Assembly (NCBI GenBank): GCA_965207065.1
Contig: OZ242260.1
Span: 384,001 to 448,000, forward strand
DNA: 64,000 nucleotides
Origin: a bacterium
GTDB taxonomy: Bacteria > UBA8248
Direction: 5' to 3'
The notes below the pieces were generated by a model. That model worked only from the letters and a program-made list of their open reading frames with translations. It was not told where the DNA came from and ran no database searches. The translations under genes were made by a program, and so were the position numbers. Positions 38,566 through 47,959 of this stretch are shown piece by piece; position 1 is the stretch's first letter; each line of letters opens with the position of its first letter.

Positions 38566-39705
38566 CTAGGTGAAGACGATTGCTATCTCGTCATCGCCCG
38601 CATCGCGTGCCAGGCGGAAGGGTGCATCGTAGGTCAGCAGGCCGTCGCGATCCGAAAAACCCATATCCGCGTACTGGCATCTGGGCGCGGTGATGGTGCA
38701 GATGTTCCCGGCCCTGTGGCCGACTTGCACTTTCAGAGGGAGCCTCGCGCCATTTTCCCAATTCTTGAACGCATCATTGGTGGCTATGAGTACGGCCTCG
38801 GGATCGAAGGAACCGGAGGGTGCCCGCCCCGTCACGACGGCGTTGACGTGCCCGCCGGATGCGTTGGCGCTTTGGCGCAGCACCACTTCGTTGTTCATGG
38901 CGAAGCGGATGTTCGTCACGTCGAAATGAAACCCGCCGAACGAAAAGCCGCTCATGAGGACGGGTTCGGGCGTCTGGTCGTCGTAGGACGCGCCGTCAAG
39001 GATCGGTGCGTCGCTCACCTCGAAATCGGCCGCCTCGAATTCCCAATCCACCGTGGGAACGCCATCCAGAGGGCAGTTGATGGAAAAACTCCCCATGCAG
39101 CCCAGATACATGACCCGCAATCCATCGATGAACGCCGTCAGGCAGATTCTCGTATAGCCCGATTTATCGGAGGCGGGCGCGTAAGCGACGGAGGTATCCT
39201 CGACGATGGTTTCCTTCATCGCGCACGCCTTGAACAGCAATCCATAATCCGGCGCGACGCCCGCTGCGCCCGAACCGCGCAACTCGGTGGAGAAAGAAAT
39301 CTGCGCGGAGCGCTTCCCGGGAATCGAGGGAAAAGGCGAGAGGCTCGCATCCTCCACCGCGCGTTCCAGCTGCTCTACGCTGACCTCATGAGAGAAGTTG
39401 CCCGCCCGAAACAATTCCGAGGCAGCCGCCGGTCGATCCAGGAGGCAGGCCGTGCCCGCAGCGGGGGTGGTGTCCCAGGCGTCGTCCACCGTGAGCGTGT
39501 CCGAGGTCGCGTCAAAAATACTCACCTTTCTTCTTTGCCCGACGCCCACTCCCCGGATCGTGCGCAGCACCGAGCCATTCCAGAAATCATCATCCTCGGA
39601 AAGCGCGGCGTCCACGAGGGTGGAGGCATCTGCGGAATCCGCCACGAGTTCTTTCTCTTCCGTCGCGCCAATCGTTTGCCGATCCATCAAAATCGTATCG
39701 CCCAT
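38566..39705 (-). CDS. Phage-like tail tube (major tail) protein
   Basis: FSTELRGSG.AG.APDYG.L.KACA, GCMGSFSI and TGRAPSGSFDPEA patterns; position after tail completion genes; GGAGGAG RBS. Confidence 0.75.
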   Translation of the reverse strand: MGDTILMDRQTIGATEEKELVADSADASTLVDAALSEDDDFWNGSVLRTIRGVGVGQRRKVSIFDATSDTLTVDDAWDTTPAAGTACLLDRPAAASELFRAGNFSHEVSVEQLERAVEDASLSPFPSIPGKRSAQISFSTELRGSGAAGVAPDYGLLFKACAMKETIVEDTSVAYAPASDKSGYTRICLTAFIDGLRVMYLGCMGSFSINCPLDGVPTVDWEFEAADFEVSDAPILDGASYDDQTPEPVLMSGFSFGGFHFDVTNIRFAMNNEVVLRQSANASGGHVNAVVTGRAPSGSFDPEAVLIATNDAFKNWENGARLPLKVQVGHRAGNICTITAPRCQYADMGFSDRDGLLTYDAPFRLARDAGDDEIAIVFT

Positions 39706-39778
39706 CCCTTGTTCTCCTCCTTTCAGTTTTTTGAGGCGAAGGCGCATCCCTCGCCGGTATTCATTCCCCGTTCTCGTA

Positions 39779-40312
39779 TCAATCCCGCCGAATCCGCTCT
39801 ATCGCCCGGAGCCGGATTTCGGCGTAATGGCAAAGCACGTTTCCAAACGTCCTCAGTTCAATCAGGTCCACCTGCGGAGGCTGAAGGCGCTCCAGCGAGC
39901 GGACGCGCGGGGAGCCTGATTCATCGAGGAGGCGGAGCGTCCTGTCGTCCCGGAAGCGGTCGCAAATCTCCTCAAGCAGTTCCTGAAAGGCCACCTCGCT
40001 GCCCACCGCGTCCTCGGCGCTCATGATGCCGAACAGCAAGAACGTGTGGGTTCGCCTGCTGATGCCGGCGGGCGTGAAGCCACCAGCCGCATTCGAGCCG
40101 ACCGATGCAGCCTCCTCCCCTGCTCTCTCGCGCGTCAGCACCCAGCCCCTGATCTGGGCGAGGCCGTCGCCCGTCTGCCACCGGAAATGGTCCAGGTATT
40201 TCCCCAGGTCGGCCGACCAGCGCTGATAGCTGTGAACCCGCCCTGCCCCCGCCACACTCGATATTTCCGCCAAAATGGCGTCGCCGATTTCTCTGTATCG
40301 TGAATTAGCCAC
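39779..40312 (-). CDS. Putative tail terminator/completion protein
   Basis: Gene order between gp10-like gene and tube; SEVAFQELLEEICDRF and GNVLCHYAEIRL patterns. Confidence 0.6.
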   Translation of the reverse strand: MANSRYREIGDAILAEISSVAGAGRVHSYQRWSADLGKYLDHFRWQTGDGLAQIRGWVLTRERAGEEAASVGSNAAGGFTPAGISRRTHTFLLFGIMSAEDAVGSEVAFQELLEEICDRFRDDRTLRLLDESGSPRVRSLERLQPPQVDLIELRTFGNVLCHYAEIRLRAIERIRRD

Positions 40313-40808
40313 TCATTCTCCTCGCAATCTCATCCACCAGTTCAAGAATGCGCCTATCGATTCGGCTCTGGTTCTCCTCGAAGGCGCCCGCGAACATGCG
40401 ACGCCCCGGTATCCCGTGCCGGGCGATTGATCGGGCAACGAGGAAGGACACCCTCTCGATAGACCCATCGGGCGGCCCCAGTTTGTGGGCCACCCAGCGA
40501 TACAGGGACGTGCCCTCCCTCCAGGGCGGCATTCTGCCGCCCGCCCGACGCCCGAATTCCACGTACCTGGCGTATGGGGTGCGTGAGGCGACCACGCCGC
40601 GCAACACGCTTGGGTTCTCTCCTTTGATTTCGGTGTAAATACTGCCCCTGAGGTTTCCGCTCGCGCCGATGGGCGTTCGCGCTATGACCTCGCGCCTGAG
40701 CATTCCGGTAATCTCGGCCATCGACTCGTGCGCGAGGAGAAGAACCCCCTCCCACGCGATAGCCGGCATCTCCGGCAATTCTTCAAGCGTTACATATCGA
40801 CGAAACAC
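40305..40808 (-). CDS. HK97 gp10-like neck/tail component
   Basis: RTPIGASGNLRGSI, YARYVEFG, PP..L..WV..K and GIPGRRMF..AF. Confidence 0.8.
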   Translation of the reverse strand: MFRRYVTLEELPEMPAIAWEGVLLLAHESMAEITGMLRREVIARTPIGASGNLRGSIYTEIKGENPSVLRGVVASRTPYARYVEFGRRAGGRMPPWREGTSLYRWVAHKLGPPDGSIERVSFLVARSIARHGIPGRRMFAGAFEENQSRIDRRILELVDEIARRMSG

Positions 40809-40826
40809 TCCGCCTCTCCTATCCGC

Positions 40827-41537
40827 CTAGCGATCTTCGGACGCGCCGTGCGTGAAATACTCACCGCGCGCCAGTGAAAGAAGCACGTCCCAATCGAGAG
40901 ACGCGCCCGCCGGACCCGCCACTTCGCCTTCTTTGCGGCCGAGATGGTTCTGGTATTTGCGCTCGAGTTCCCGCCCCAGGCGCGTGTATTCCGAGGACTT
41001 GCTCTGGTAGTCCACTGAATCCGCCGCGAGGGTCGGGCTCGAGGACTGGGCGAAGCGGCGGGCCAGGAGGTGACAGCCCTCCGCGGCGGCCAGCCAGGCT
41101 ACGGCGGTCCGATCGTTTTCGGGAATGCTCGTGCGCTCGTCATCGGCCGTGTGCTTGATCGTGTAGAACAGGCGAAGCGTGTGGCCCATTTGAGGAGCGA
41201 AGTACATGAGCCTGAACCTCGCCGCCGGCGTCCCCTTGGCATAGATGATCCAGGAACTCCTTCGCAAAAAGGAGGGCTTTCTCTCCCCCTGGGGATATTC
41301 CACCTCCCGGATGAAGGAGAGGGAATCGTCCCAGTCCTCGGGGAGGGGAAAATCGAACGTCTCGCTATCGCCTGAGTAATCGGCGAACGAGACGAGCGGC
41401 ACGTCTTTGCTGTAGCGCGTGAGCGCCGCGTTCACCAGATCGGCGTAGTCCGCCTCCTCGACGCCGAACTCCCGGGGCAGCGCGCCCGCCTTCAACAAGA
41501 CCTTCACCTCTTTGATGATCGTCTGCCTGCTCGCCAT
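40827..41537 (-). CDS. Putative head-tail adaptor/connector
   Basis: Position after capsid; AALTRYSKD.P, EVEYP.G and ADSVDY.SKS..Y patterns. Confidence 0.6.
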   Translation of the reverse strand: MASRQTIIKEVKVLLKAGALPREFGVEEADYADLVNAALTRYSKDVPLVSFADYSGDSETFDFPLPEDWDDSLSFIREVEYPQGERKPSFLRRSSWIIYAKGTPAARFRLMYFAPQMGHTLRLFYTIKHTADDERTSIPENDRTAVAWLAAAEGCHLLARRFAQSSSPTLAADSVDYQSKSSEYTRLGRELERKYQNHLGRKEGEVAGPAGASLDWDVLLSLARGEYFTHGASEDR

Positions 41538-41580
41538 TTCAGTTTTCTCCTCTCCTCTCGCTTCCCGGATGCAGTCGGTC

Positions 41581-41922
41581 TCAAGTCTTCAGCGCGAGCC
41601 TGGCCTCGAACGTGAACAAAGCCTCCTCCCCGCCGACGGACCACGCGAGCCTGAGCCAGGGGCCGATGTTCGCGAGCATTGCGAGGGTTTTTCCGGCCGA
41701 TGTGATTTGCTCAGGCCTGGTATGGACGAAAGCTACTTCATCATCCGCCGGGCCGGTTTGCACCTCGAAATCAAGCGTGGGCGATGCGCCCGAGACCACC
41801 TTCACGTCGATGAACAAGAGCGCCTCGGTGAAGCGGCTCACTTCGAACGCCGTGCTGCCTCCCGCGGCGACGCGGGCCGCGGGAGGAGCGAGGACTATCG
41901 TGTGGGTTCGCCTGTCGGACAT
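41581..41922 (-). CDS. Small beta-rich virion protein (possible capsid decoration)
   Basis: Follows capsid gene; VSGASPTLD..VQT and WLRL.W.V.G..FTF beta pattern; AGGAG RBS. Confidence 0.55.
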   Translation of the reverse strand: MSDRRTHTIVLAPPAARVAAGGSTAFEVSRFTEALLFIDVKVVSGASPTLDFEVQTGPADDEVAFVHTRPEQITSAGKTLAMLANIGPWLRLAWSVGGEEALFTFEARLALKT

Positions 41923-41955
41923 GGCTTCTCCTTGATAAGGGCAATCGCCATGCCA

Positions 41956-44034
41956 CTAGGCGGGCGCGCCTCGGTAAAAGCCGCGAAAGTCAAGGACGGC
42001 GCCGCCGTAGACGTGTCTGATCTTGTAGCGAATCTTGTCCGCGCTGAATCCGCTGCCTGCGGAGGGGTTGTCCTCGACGAACAGCTCGGGCTCGCGCATG
42101 TCGTCCATGAAGCCGATTTCGATTGTGTCCATGAGGCCCGGATCGGCGATCAAGTACCAATCGTTCGTCTCGGTGAGTTCGGGCACCCACAAGGGTTCGA
42201 TGCCCAGGCGGTTGATGAAGCTCGGCTGATTGGAGTTCCCGTCCGAGACAACCTTGACGGGCGACTGGGTGACGTCGAATGCCTCTTCGAGCAACTCCGT
42301 GGGGTGGACGAGATATTTCGGCCGAGCCTGGGCCGCTATTTCAACGCCTTCCTCTCCATAAAACGTCTGCTGACCCATCGCCTTGATGGCGGCGACGGCG
42401 CCCTCGTACGTGAGCTCGTTCGCGGAGGTGTTGTTGTGGTCAGCGTGGAACAGCGCATGGCCGTCGTATATGTTGGCATTGGACATGAGAAAATCGAATA
42501 CGAAGCCATTCAGGGTGCGCTGGGCCGCTCGGGCGAGACGCTGGGGAATCATGCGAATCGCGCCCATGTCGTCGTTCTGGATCATCTCCCATGTGAGATC
42601 CTCCACGCCGCCGCGCTTGGCTACGGCGTACGTCACTTCCTCATCCGTCGGGGAGGTAAGCGCCGGATAAGTGGCCTGTTCGGCGACTTTTTGCAGATCG
42701 CCGTAGCCGCCCACACGCACCCGGCGGTTCGTACGGAAATCCTTAACGGGCGTCACGGAAGAGGCGATCTTCTTCCACTGGTGAAAGCGCTCGTCCCTGA
42801 AATCGCGCAGCATGGCGCGGCGGATGGAATCTCCAAAAGCCTCGCCCCACGTGCTCGTCTGCAAGGAGGCGGAGAGGCGCCGCACCCCGTTCCAGTCCTC
42901 GGCGGCGCGGTGATAGTGGAACGTCTCTGCGAAGAACTGGCGCGGGGTCAGGCGATGTCCCGTGAAATCCTGAAACGCCTCGCTCATGAAGCGATAGGGG
43001 CGTTCGCCGTCTACCACCTCGTCGCGCGAACCCCAGAGCCCGTCGAGAGCCGCTTTCTTGCGGTCCGCCTCGTCGCGCATTACCTCCGCACGCGCGCCGA
43101 AACCACGGAGCGCGCCGCTCGCCGTGAGTTTTTCCAGCGTGGCCGCCTCAACCCGGATCGCCTCTTCGATCTCCTCTTCTGTAAAACTCCCGTCCCCGAA
43201 CTGGGCGAGCATCTTCTCCTGAACGGCTTCGGGCAACGCGGAGGCCGTCAGTTTCTGAGCGAGCAACCTGCGAGCCGCAGCCCCGGTTTCGGTTCCATCC
43301 TTCATGGTGTTTCCTCCTTTTTCCTTCAAGTCCAGCTCGAGACCAGCGTCTTCACAAGCCGCGAGGAACTGTTGCGGCGTCCAGGCATCGCCGAGCCTCT
43401 TGCCCGATTCGGGCGCCATGCTCTTGAGTTTCTTTCCGAGCTTTTCGAACATTTTCACCTCCGATTGAATGGAATGATTGGCGGCGAGACCCAGAATCCC
43501 GCCCCCGAGCTTGCCTTTGTGCACGACGTCGACGGAGTGGACCGCCAGAATCTTTTCGAAATGCAAAACGAGCCCATCGGCCTCCTCGCGGAACTCCGCC
43601 TGCGCGAGCACGTCGAAGGAAAAGCCAAAGGGCTCCTCAAGACCCCGGGCCAGCGCATCGTGCGCCAGCGCCTGAAACCAGGCCGCTGATCGCGAAACCG
43701 CAAACGTGCTCAGAAGCCCCTCCTCGCCCATGCGGACCTTGCGGTGCCAGCCGACCAGGTTCCTGATGTCGGGACCGCCCGAGGCGGCGTGGTTGGCAAA
43801 GGCTTGCGCACCCTCGAACAGGGGAGCGGCCTCGCGCAGAACGTCGCGGGGCAGGAACCACTCCCCGTCCCTCGAGTAGCCGGCGCGCGCGATCAACACC
43901 TCGAAATCCCAGGCTTCATCCGGCGGCTGCGCTTCTTCCGCAACCGCGCGGATGAGGTGGCCATGCAGCCTTAAGGTATGAGAATCCTTCTGCGCCTCGG
44001 CGCGCGCCCACATACGGTTCAACCATTTTTTCAA
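41956..44034 (-). CDS. Fused prohead protease-scaffold-major capsid protein (Mu gpT-like, HK97 fold)
   Basis: N-terminal FANH/GFS/SVDVV protease-like motifs; C-terminal DFR..RVRVGGYGDL, TWEMIQNDD.GA and DG.ALFHADHNN capsid motifs. Confidence 0.85.
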   Translation of the reverse strand: MKKWLNRMWARAEAQKDSHTLRLHGHLIRAVAEEAQPPDEAWDFEVLIARAGYSRDGEWFLPRDVLREAAPLFEGAQAFANHAASGGPDIRNLVGWHRKVRMGEEGLLSTFAVSRSAAWFQALAHDALARGLEEPFGFSFDVLAQAEFREEADGLVLHFEKILAVHSVDVVHKGKLGGGILGLAANHSIQSEVKMFEKLGKKLKSMAPESGKRLGDAWTPQQFLAACEDAGLELDLKEKGGNTMKDGTETGAAARRLLAQKLTASALPEAVQEKMLAQFGDGSFTEEEIEEAIRVEAATLEKLTASGALRGFGARAEVMRDEADRKKAALDGLWGSRDEVVDGERPYRFMSEAFQDFTGHRLTPRQFFAETFHYHRAAEDWNGVRRLSASLQTSTWGEAFGDSIRRAMLRDFRDERFHQWKKIASSVTPVKDFRTNRRVRVGGYGDLQKVAEQATYPALTSPTDEEVTYAVAKRGGVEDLTWEMIQNDDMGAIRMIPQRLARAAQRTLNGFVFDFLMSNANIYDGHALFHADHNNTSANELTYEGAVAAIKAMGQQTFYGEEGVEIAAQARPKYLVHPTELLEEAFDVTQSPVKVVSDGNSNQPSFINRLGIEPLWVPELTETNDWYLIADPGLMDTIEIGFMDDMREPELFVEDNPSAGSGFSADKIRYKIRHVYGGAVLDFRGFYRGAPA

Positions 44035-44131
44035 GGGGAACTCCTTTCTCGCTGGTCTTTCAGAAATTCAACTTCCGGCGATGCGCCGGAGACCGCCGCC
44101 TGGTTAAACAAGGAGCGGGTGCAACGGCGAT

Positions 44132-44184
44132 AATTTAGGGCAAGGAGACTCGAACGCGGGCCGGGCAAATGCGGGGAAATGCGC
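44132..44184 (-). promoter_or_regulatory. Shared activator box plus -10 element upstream of the capsid operon
   Basis: GCGCATTTCCCCGCATTTGC-N24-CCCTAAATT on the minus strand; near-identical copy at 56613-56665. Confidence 0.75.
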
Positions 44185-44377
44185 ATCCGGCGTCTTTTTT
44201 TGCGGAATTTTGAAATTGCTAATTGAAAATTTTAAGAAAATGCGGTAAATTACGGAAAATTCTGGAGTTGCGGATGATGCGGGTGGTCCCGGCGTCTACC
44301 AATTCTGGATACTTCGCCCGCCACTCAGGAATAGCCTGAATTCGCCGAGCAAAAAGACCGCCCCTTGAACAGGACGT

Positions 44378-45688
44378 ATGAGGTTTGATCTCATGTGGGG
44401 CGTCGCTCAACCGGTCTTGAATTTCATCCAGAAACTCTCCTGGAACCATATGCTCGACATCGGGATCATGTGGTTCCTGCTTTACCAGGTCTATATTCGC
44501 TTCAAAGGCACCCAGGCGATGCGCCTCCTCGTGCGCGTGTTCGGAGTGTGGCTCATCTATCTCGCCTCCCAGGCCGCGGGTCTGCACCTGACCTCGTTTC
44601 TCCTTTGGGCCATCTGGATCGCCGTGCTCATCCTGTTTCTCATCAATTTCCACGGCGAGATCCAAAAGATATTCTTTCAACTCAACCCGGTGCGCAGAAT
44701 CTCAATCCTGCTGCGCCGGGCGATGCGAATCCGCCTGCCGGACGTAAGCGTCGCCACCATCGCCCAATCCGCTTTTTCGCTCTCGGAGAAGCAGATGGGC
44801 GCCATCATCGTTGTGGAGCGCCGGGATTTGACCGACTCCCTGCTGAGAAGTCCGGGAGAGGAGATCGAGGCGGACATCCAGCCGGCGCTGCTGGAAACCA
44901 TTTTCTTCAAGGGAGCGCCCTACCACGACGGCGCCGCCGTCGTTCGCGAGAACAAGATCTCGCGCGTGGGATGCGTATTGCCCCTTTCAGATAACCGCGC
45001 CCTGCCGCCGGAGTTCGGCACGCGCCACAGGGCGGCGGTCGGCATCACGGAGCGGTCCGACGCCCTGGCGATCGTGATATCCGAGGAACGCGGAGAGATT
45101 ACATGCGTGGAAGGCAGCCAAACAAAGACGATAGATAATGAGGAAGAACTCGCCTCCTGGCTCACGGCGCGGCTGCGCGCGGCCCGCGAGACGGGACAGA
45201 CGATGGGACGCATATCGCTCCGCCACGTTTTCGAGAACTGGCGGCCCAAGCTCGCCGCCCTGGCCGCCGTCATATTCCTCTGGTCGCTCGGCGGGCAGGA
45301 AAACCAGAATCCGCAGAATTTCTTCCCGCAACTCGAAAGCAAGGTGGAGGAGGAATTCCGCGTCCGCGTCCATTATTACAATGTTCCGAGCGGCGTCACC
45401 CTGCCGGCCGATGCGGCGAAAGAAGTCAAAATACGCATCAGGGGCAGGCGCGATCTGCTCAATTACATCGACGCCACCCGCCTGCGCGTGAACGTGAACC
45501 TCGCCAAAATGACGCCCGGCGCGCATTCGCGCACGCTGTCGGGACGCGACATCGACCTGCCAAACGGTCTCGAATTCCTGAGCGCGGAGCCCAAGGCCCT
45601 GGATTTGAATCTCGCCAAGGCGCCGGCGCCTGAGAAAATGACGAAATCGAGCGCCTCCACCGAGACGCCGGAGTCCTCAAACTTTTAA
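44378..45688 (+). CDS. cdaA: Diadenylate cyclase (CdaA-type) fused to a YbbR/CdaR-like domain
   Basis: Three N-terminal TM helices, HDGA and GTRHRAA catalytic motifs, SEERG; then NW.PKL.A TM helix and YbbR-like beta domain. Confidence 0.88.
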   Translation: MRFDLMWGVAQPVLNFIQKLSWNHMLDIGIMWFLLYQVYIRFKGTQAMRLLVRVFGVWLIYLASQAAGLHLTSFLLWAIWIAVLILFLINFHGEIQKIFFQLNPVRRISILLRRAMRIRLPDVSVATIAQSAFSLSEKQMGAIIVVERRDLTDSLLRSPGEEIEADIQPALLETIFFKGAPYHDGAAVVRENKISRVGCVLPLSDNRALPPEFGTRHRAAVGITERSDALAIVISEERGEITCVEGSQTKTIDNEEELASWLTARLRAARETGQTMGRISLRHVFENWRPKLAALAAVIFLWSLGGQENQNPQNFFPQLESKVEEEFRVRVHYYNVPSGVTLPADAAKEVKIRIRGRRDLLNYIDATRLRVNVNLAKMTPGAHSRTLSGRDIDLPNGLEFLSAEPKALDLNLAKAPAPEKMTKSSASTETPESSNF

Positions 45689-46082
45689 GGCCCTTCTTTT
45701 CAGATACTTGAATTTCTACCTTCAGAAAAATTTGCTTTTTTCGCTTAAAATACCGATATTGAATGAACCGGGCTACAGTCGCTGAGACGTCCAGGAGCTT
45801 TGACGAGCACTAAGGGCGAACCATTTTCGATGGTACTTGGCTGGCCCAAGTGAGGCGGCAAGGAGCCGACACAGAAAACGGCTCCGGCCCGGGTTCAAGG
45901 AACCCTTCAACAGAAGGAGGATGCGATGATATCAACGATAAATCGCTTCAGCCGTGCGGAAACGCCACCCTCCCCGGCCCCATCGCGTCAGCCGGGCGGG
46001 GAGGAAGACAAAGGCTGATGCACAAATAAAGGCGACAAAACGCCTTCGTGAGGTGAGACGAGTTCTCACCCTGAAAAAGAGC

Positions 46083-46126
46083 AAAAAAAGAGAGCGGGGT
46101 GCAACGCCCCGCTCTTCTTTTTTTTT
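46083..46126. terminator. Bidirectional intrinsic terminator
   Basis: A7-GAGAGCGGGG..CCCCGCTCTTC-T9. Confidence 0.85.
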
Positions 46127-46127
46127 C

Positions 46128-46322
46128 CTAGCTCTTGGCCTCGAGTTTCCGCATCTCGATTTCGAGTTGCTGGAGCCTGTTCTTGATCATGTTGAAGTCG
46201 TACTCGAACCCCTCGGCGAGCAGCGTGAGACCATGATAGAGCTGGTGCTTTTCCGGCTCTTCCTCCGCGTTCACCGAATCGAGCATCTCGGCGAAAACCT
46301 CTCTGGCATGATGAAAGCTCAA
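46128..46322 (-). CDS. Small hypothetical coiled-coil protein
   Basis: 64 aa helical ORF ending directly at the terminator. Confidence 0.6.
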   Translation of the reverse strand: MSFHHAREVFAEMLDSVNAEEEPEKHQLYHGLTLLAEGFEYDFNMIKNRLQQLEIEMRKLEAKS

Positions 46323-46457
46323 AACGCCTTCCCCCTTTTTGAATGAGAACGCACATTAAGAAGCCATAAATCTTTTGCAGGAAGAATCCCGCTCCTATCT
46401 TTGCTAGAATCCATCGCACCGACAAATAAACCACATCGCAAACGAGGAGTCATCTTC

Positions 46458-46955
46458 ATGCCGGAAAGACCAAACACGCCGCAAGTCATCCTCCGCCACA
46501 TTCAGGGCACCCAGCTTCAGATGCTCACCACCACGGGCAAACACTCCTACGTGCTCGATGAGCCCGAAACCAGAGGCGGCACGGACCTGGCCGCCACGCC
46601 GTTCGAGTTCTTCATCGCAGGGCACGCGGGCTGAGGCCTCTACACGCTGCTGGGAGCGGCGAAGGCCAAGGGCATCCATATCGACGACGTGGAGGTCCAC
46701 GCGGAGTTCAAACGGAATATTTCACCCAAATTTCATTCGGATTACCACGCGGACCCCGAGCGGAGAAAACTCGCCATCGGCGTCATCCGTACGAGCTATT
46801 ACATCCACGGCGACGTAACCGAAGAGCAAAAGGCGGAACTTCTCGATGAACTTGAGAACTGCCCCATCCACAACACGCTGATGACGCCGCCCAGGCTCGA
46901 GGAGCGGATCGTCGTTCTGGAGAAGGATGAAACCGCGCCCATAGAGATTTCGTAA
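46458..46955 (+). CDS. OsmC-like selenoprotein (in-frame TGA at 46632-46634 read as Sec)
   Basis: DEP..RGGTD..ATPFE....HAG-TGA-G continues in frame to ENCPIHNTL; TGA sits at the OsmC catalytic Cys position; SECIS-like hairpin follows. Confidence 0.85.
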
Positions 46956-46984
46956 GGGCGGGGAAAGAGCCGCTCGCTAAATTA

Positions 46985-47224
46985 GGGGTTCTTGAAAAAG
47001 TTCTCATCGGTCGGTCGGAATCGACCACTGCCGTCATTCCGGCGAAAGCCGGAATCCATTTTCGGATGCGGGTGAATGAACGGCGGCGTTTCATTCCCCA
47101 CCAATGCGCGGGAACCCTGACGAAAGGCAAAAGGCGTAAAAATAGATTCCGGCTTTCGCCGGAATGACGGTGAATACTCTCGATGGGGGCAACAACCCCA
47201 TTGAGGGACTTTTTCAACAACCCC
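46985..47224. mobile_element. MITE-like element with IS1182-like ends carrying a CGTCATTCC repeat pair
   Basis: Ends GGGGTTCTTGAAAAAGTTC / GGACTTTTTCAACAACCCC; internal inverted pair at 47031-47170. Confidence 0.75.
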
Positions 47225-47279
47225 AATAATGGGAGCCTTGAACTTCGGCAGGAAAGGAAGACACCCTTCAAAATGAGTC

Positions 47280-47753
47280 TTAGTAGGAAATCTTGTCTTC
47301 CATCTGAGCCCATAGATTGAAGGATTCGAGGGCTTCATCTTCCAGGAGCCGCGTTGCTTCGAGCTTTCTGTCAGCGACCGGCAGGGCGATTTCCTTGTAG
47401 AGAAATTCATCGGAAAACCCGATGGCGTCAGCCTCGACGATGGAGTTTCCAAAATACATACGGTCGAGTCTCGACCAGTAAATTGCGCTCAAACACATCG
47501 GGCAGGGTTCACAGCTCGTATATATCTCACAGCCTGACAAATCGAAATTCTTCAGTTTCGCGCAGGCCGCCCGTATGGCGATCATCTCGGCATGGGCTGT
47601 GGGATCGCAAGATGACGTCACCCGGTTCGTACCCTCGCCGATGATTTCGCCATCCTTCACGACGACGGACCCGAAAGGCCCGCCGAGTCCTTCCCTCACG
47701 TTTTGAGAAGCGAGCGATATCGCCTTTCTCATAAAAGCTTCCCGTGTCTCCAT
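47280..47753 (-). CDS. Nucleoside/guanine deaminase (CDA superfamily, GuaD-like)
   Basis: GGPFG, DPTAHAE and SCEPCPMC. Confidence 0.9.
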   Translation of the reverse strand: METREAFMRKAISLASQNVREGLGGPFGSVVVKDGEIIGEGTNRVTSSCDPTAHAEMIAIRAACAKLKNFDLSGCEIYTSCEPCPMCLSAIYWSRLDRMYFGNSIVEADAIGFSDEFLYKEIALPVADRKLEATRLLEDEALESFNLWAQMEDKISY

Positions 47754-47959
47754 TTCCGCATCTCCCGTTGAGTTCCACCTTTCCGCCGATGTTTTCTCTT
47801 CTCTGCGTCTATATTTTCCCTGATTCCCCTCATCTTAACTTGTTTTTGGAATGGTTTGCATTTATTTTGCAGGCACTCCATTTATCGTCTCCAAAGAGCG
47901 GAGCCTGAAACGAGAGAAACCCTGCTGCGCGAAATTCGCAATCCAATAAGGATTTGATT

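Noticed and set aside
41512-43689. 725-aa plus-strand ORF and many other long antisense ORFs in the track
   Set aside because: Shadow frames of real genes in GC-rich DNA; no recognisable motifs
38566-44034. Contractile injection system, R-type tailocin or encapsulin
   Set aside because: No sheath or baseplate genes; the capsid comes with portal, terminase and head-tail connectors, which implies DNA packaging
44165-44184. Sigma-54 promoter reading of the shared box (ends in TTGC)
   Set aside because: The required GG at -24 is absent in both copies
45775-45910. c-di-AMP (ydaO) riboswitch or glmS ribozyme
   Set aside because: Only short fragments resemble the consensus (CGCTGA, GGGCGAACC, TTGACGAG); the core motifs are missing, so it is left unassigned
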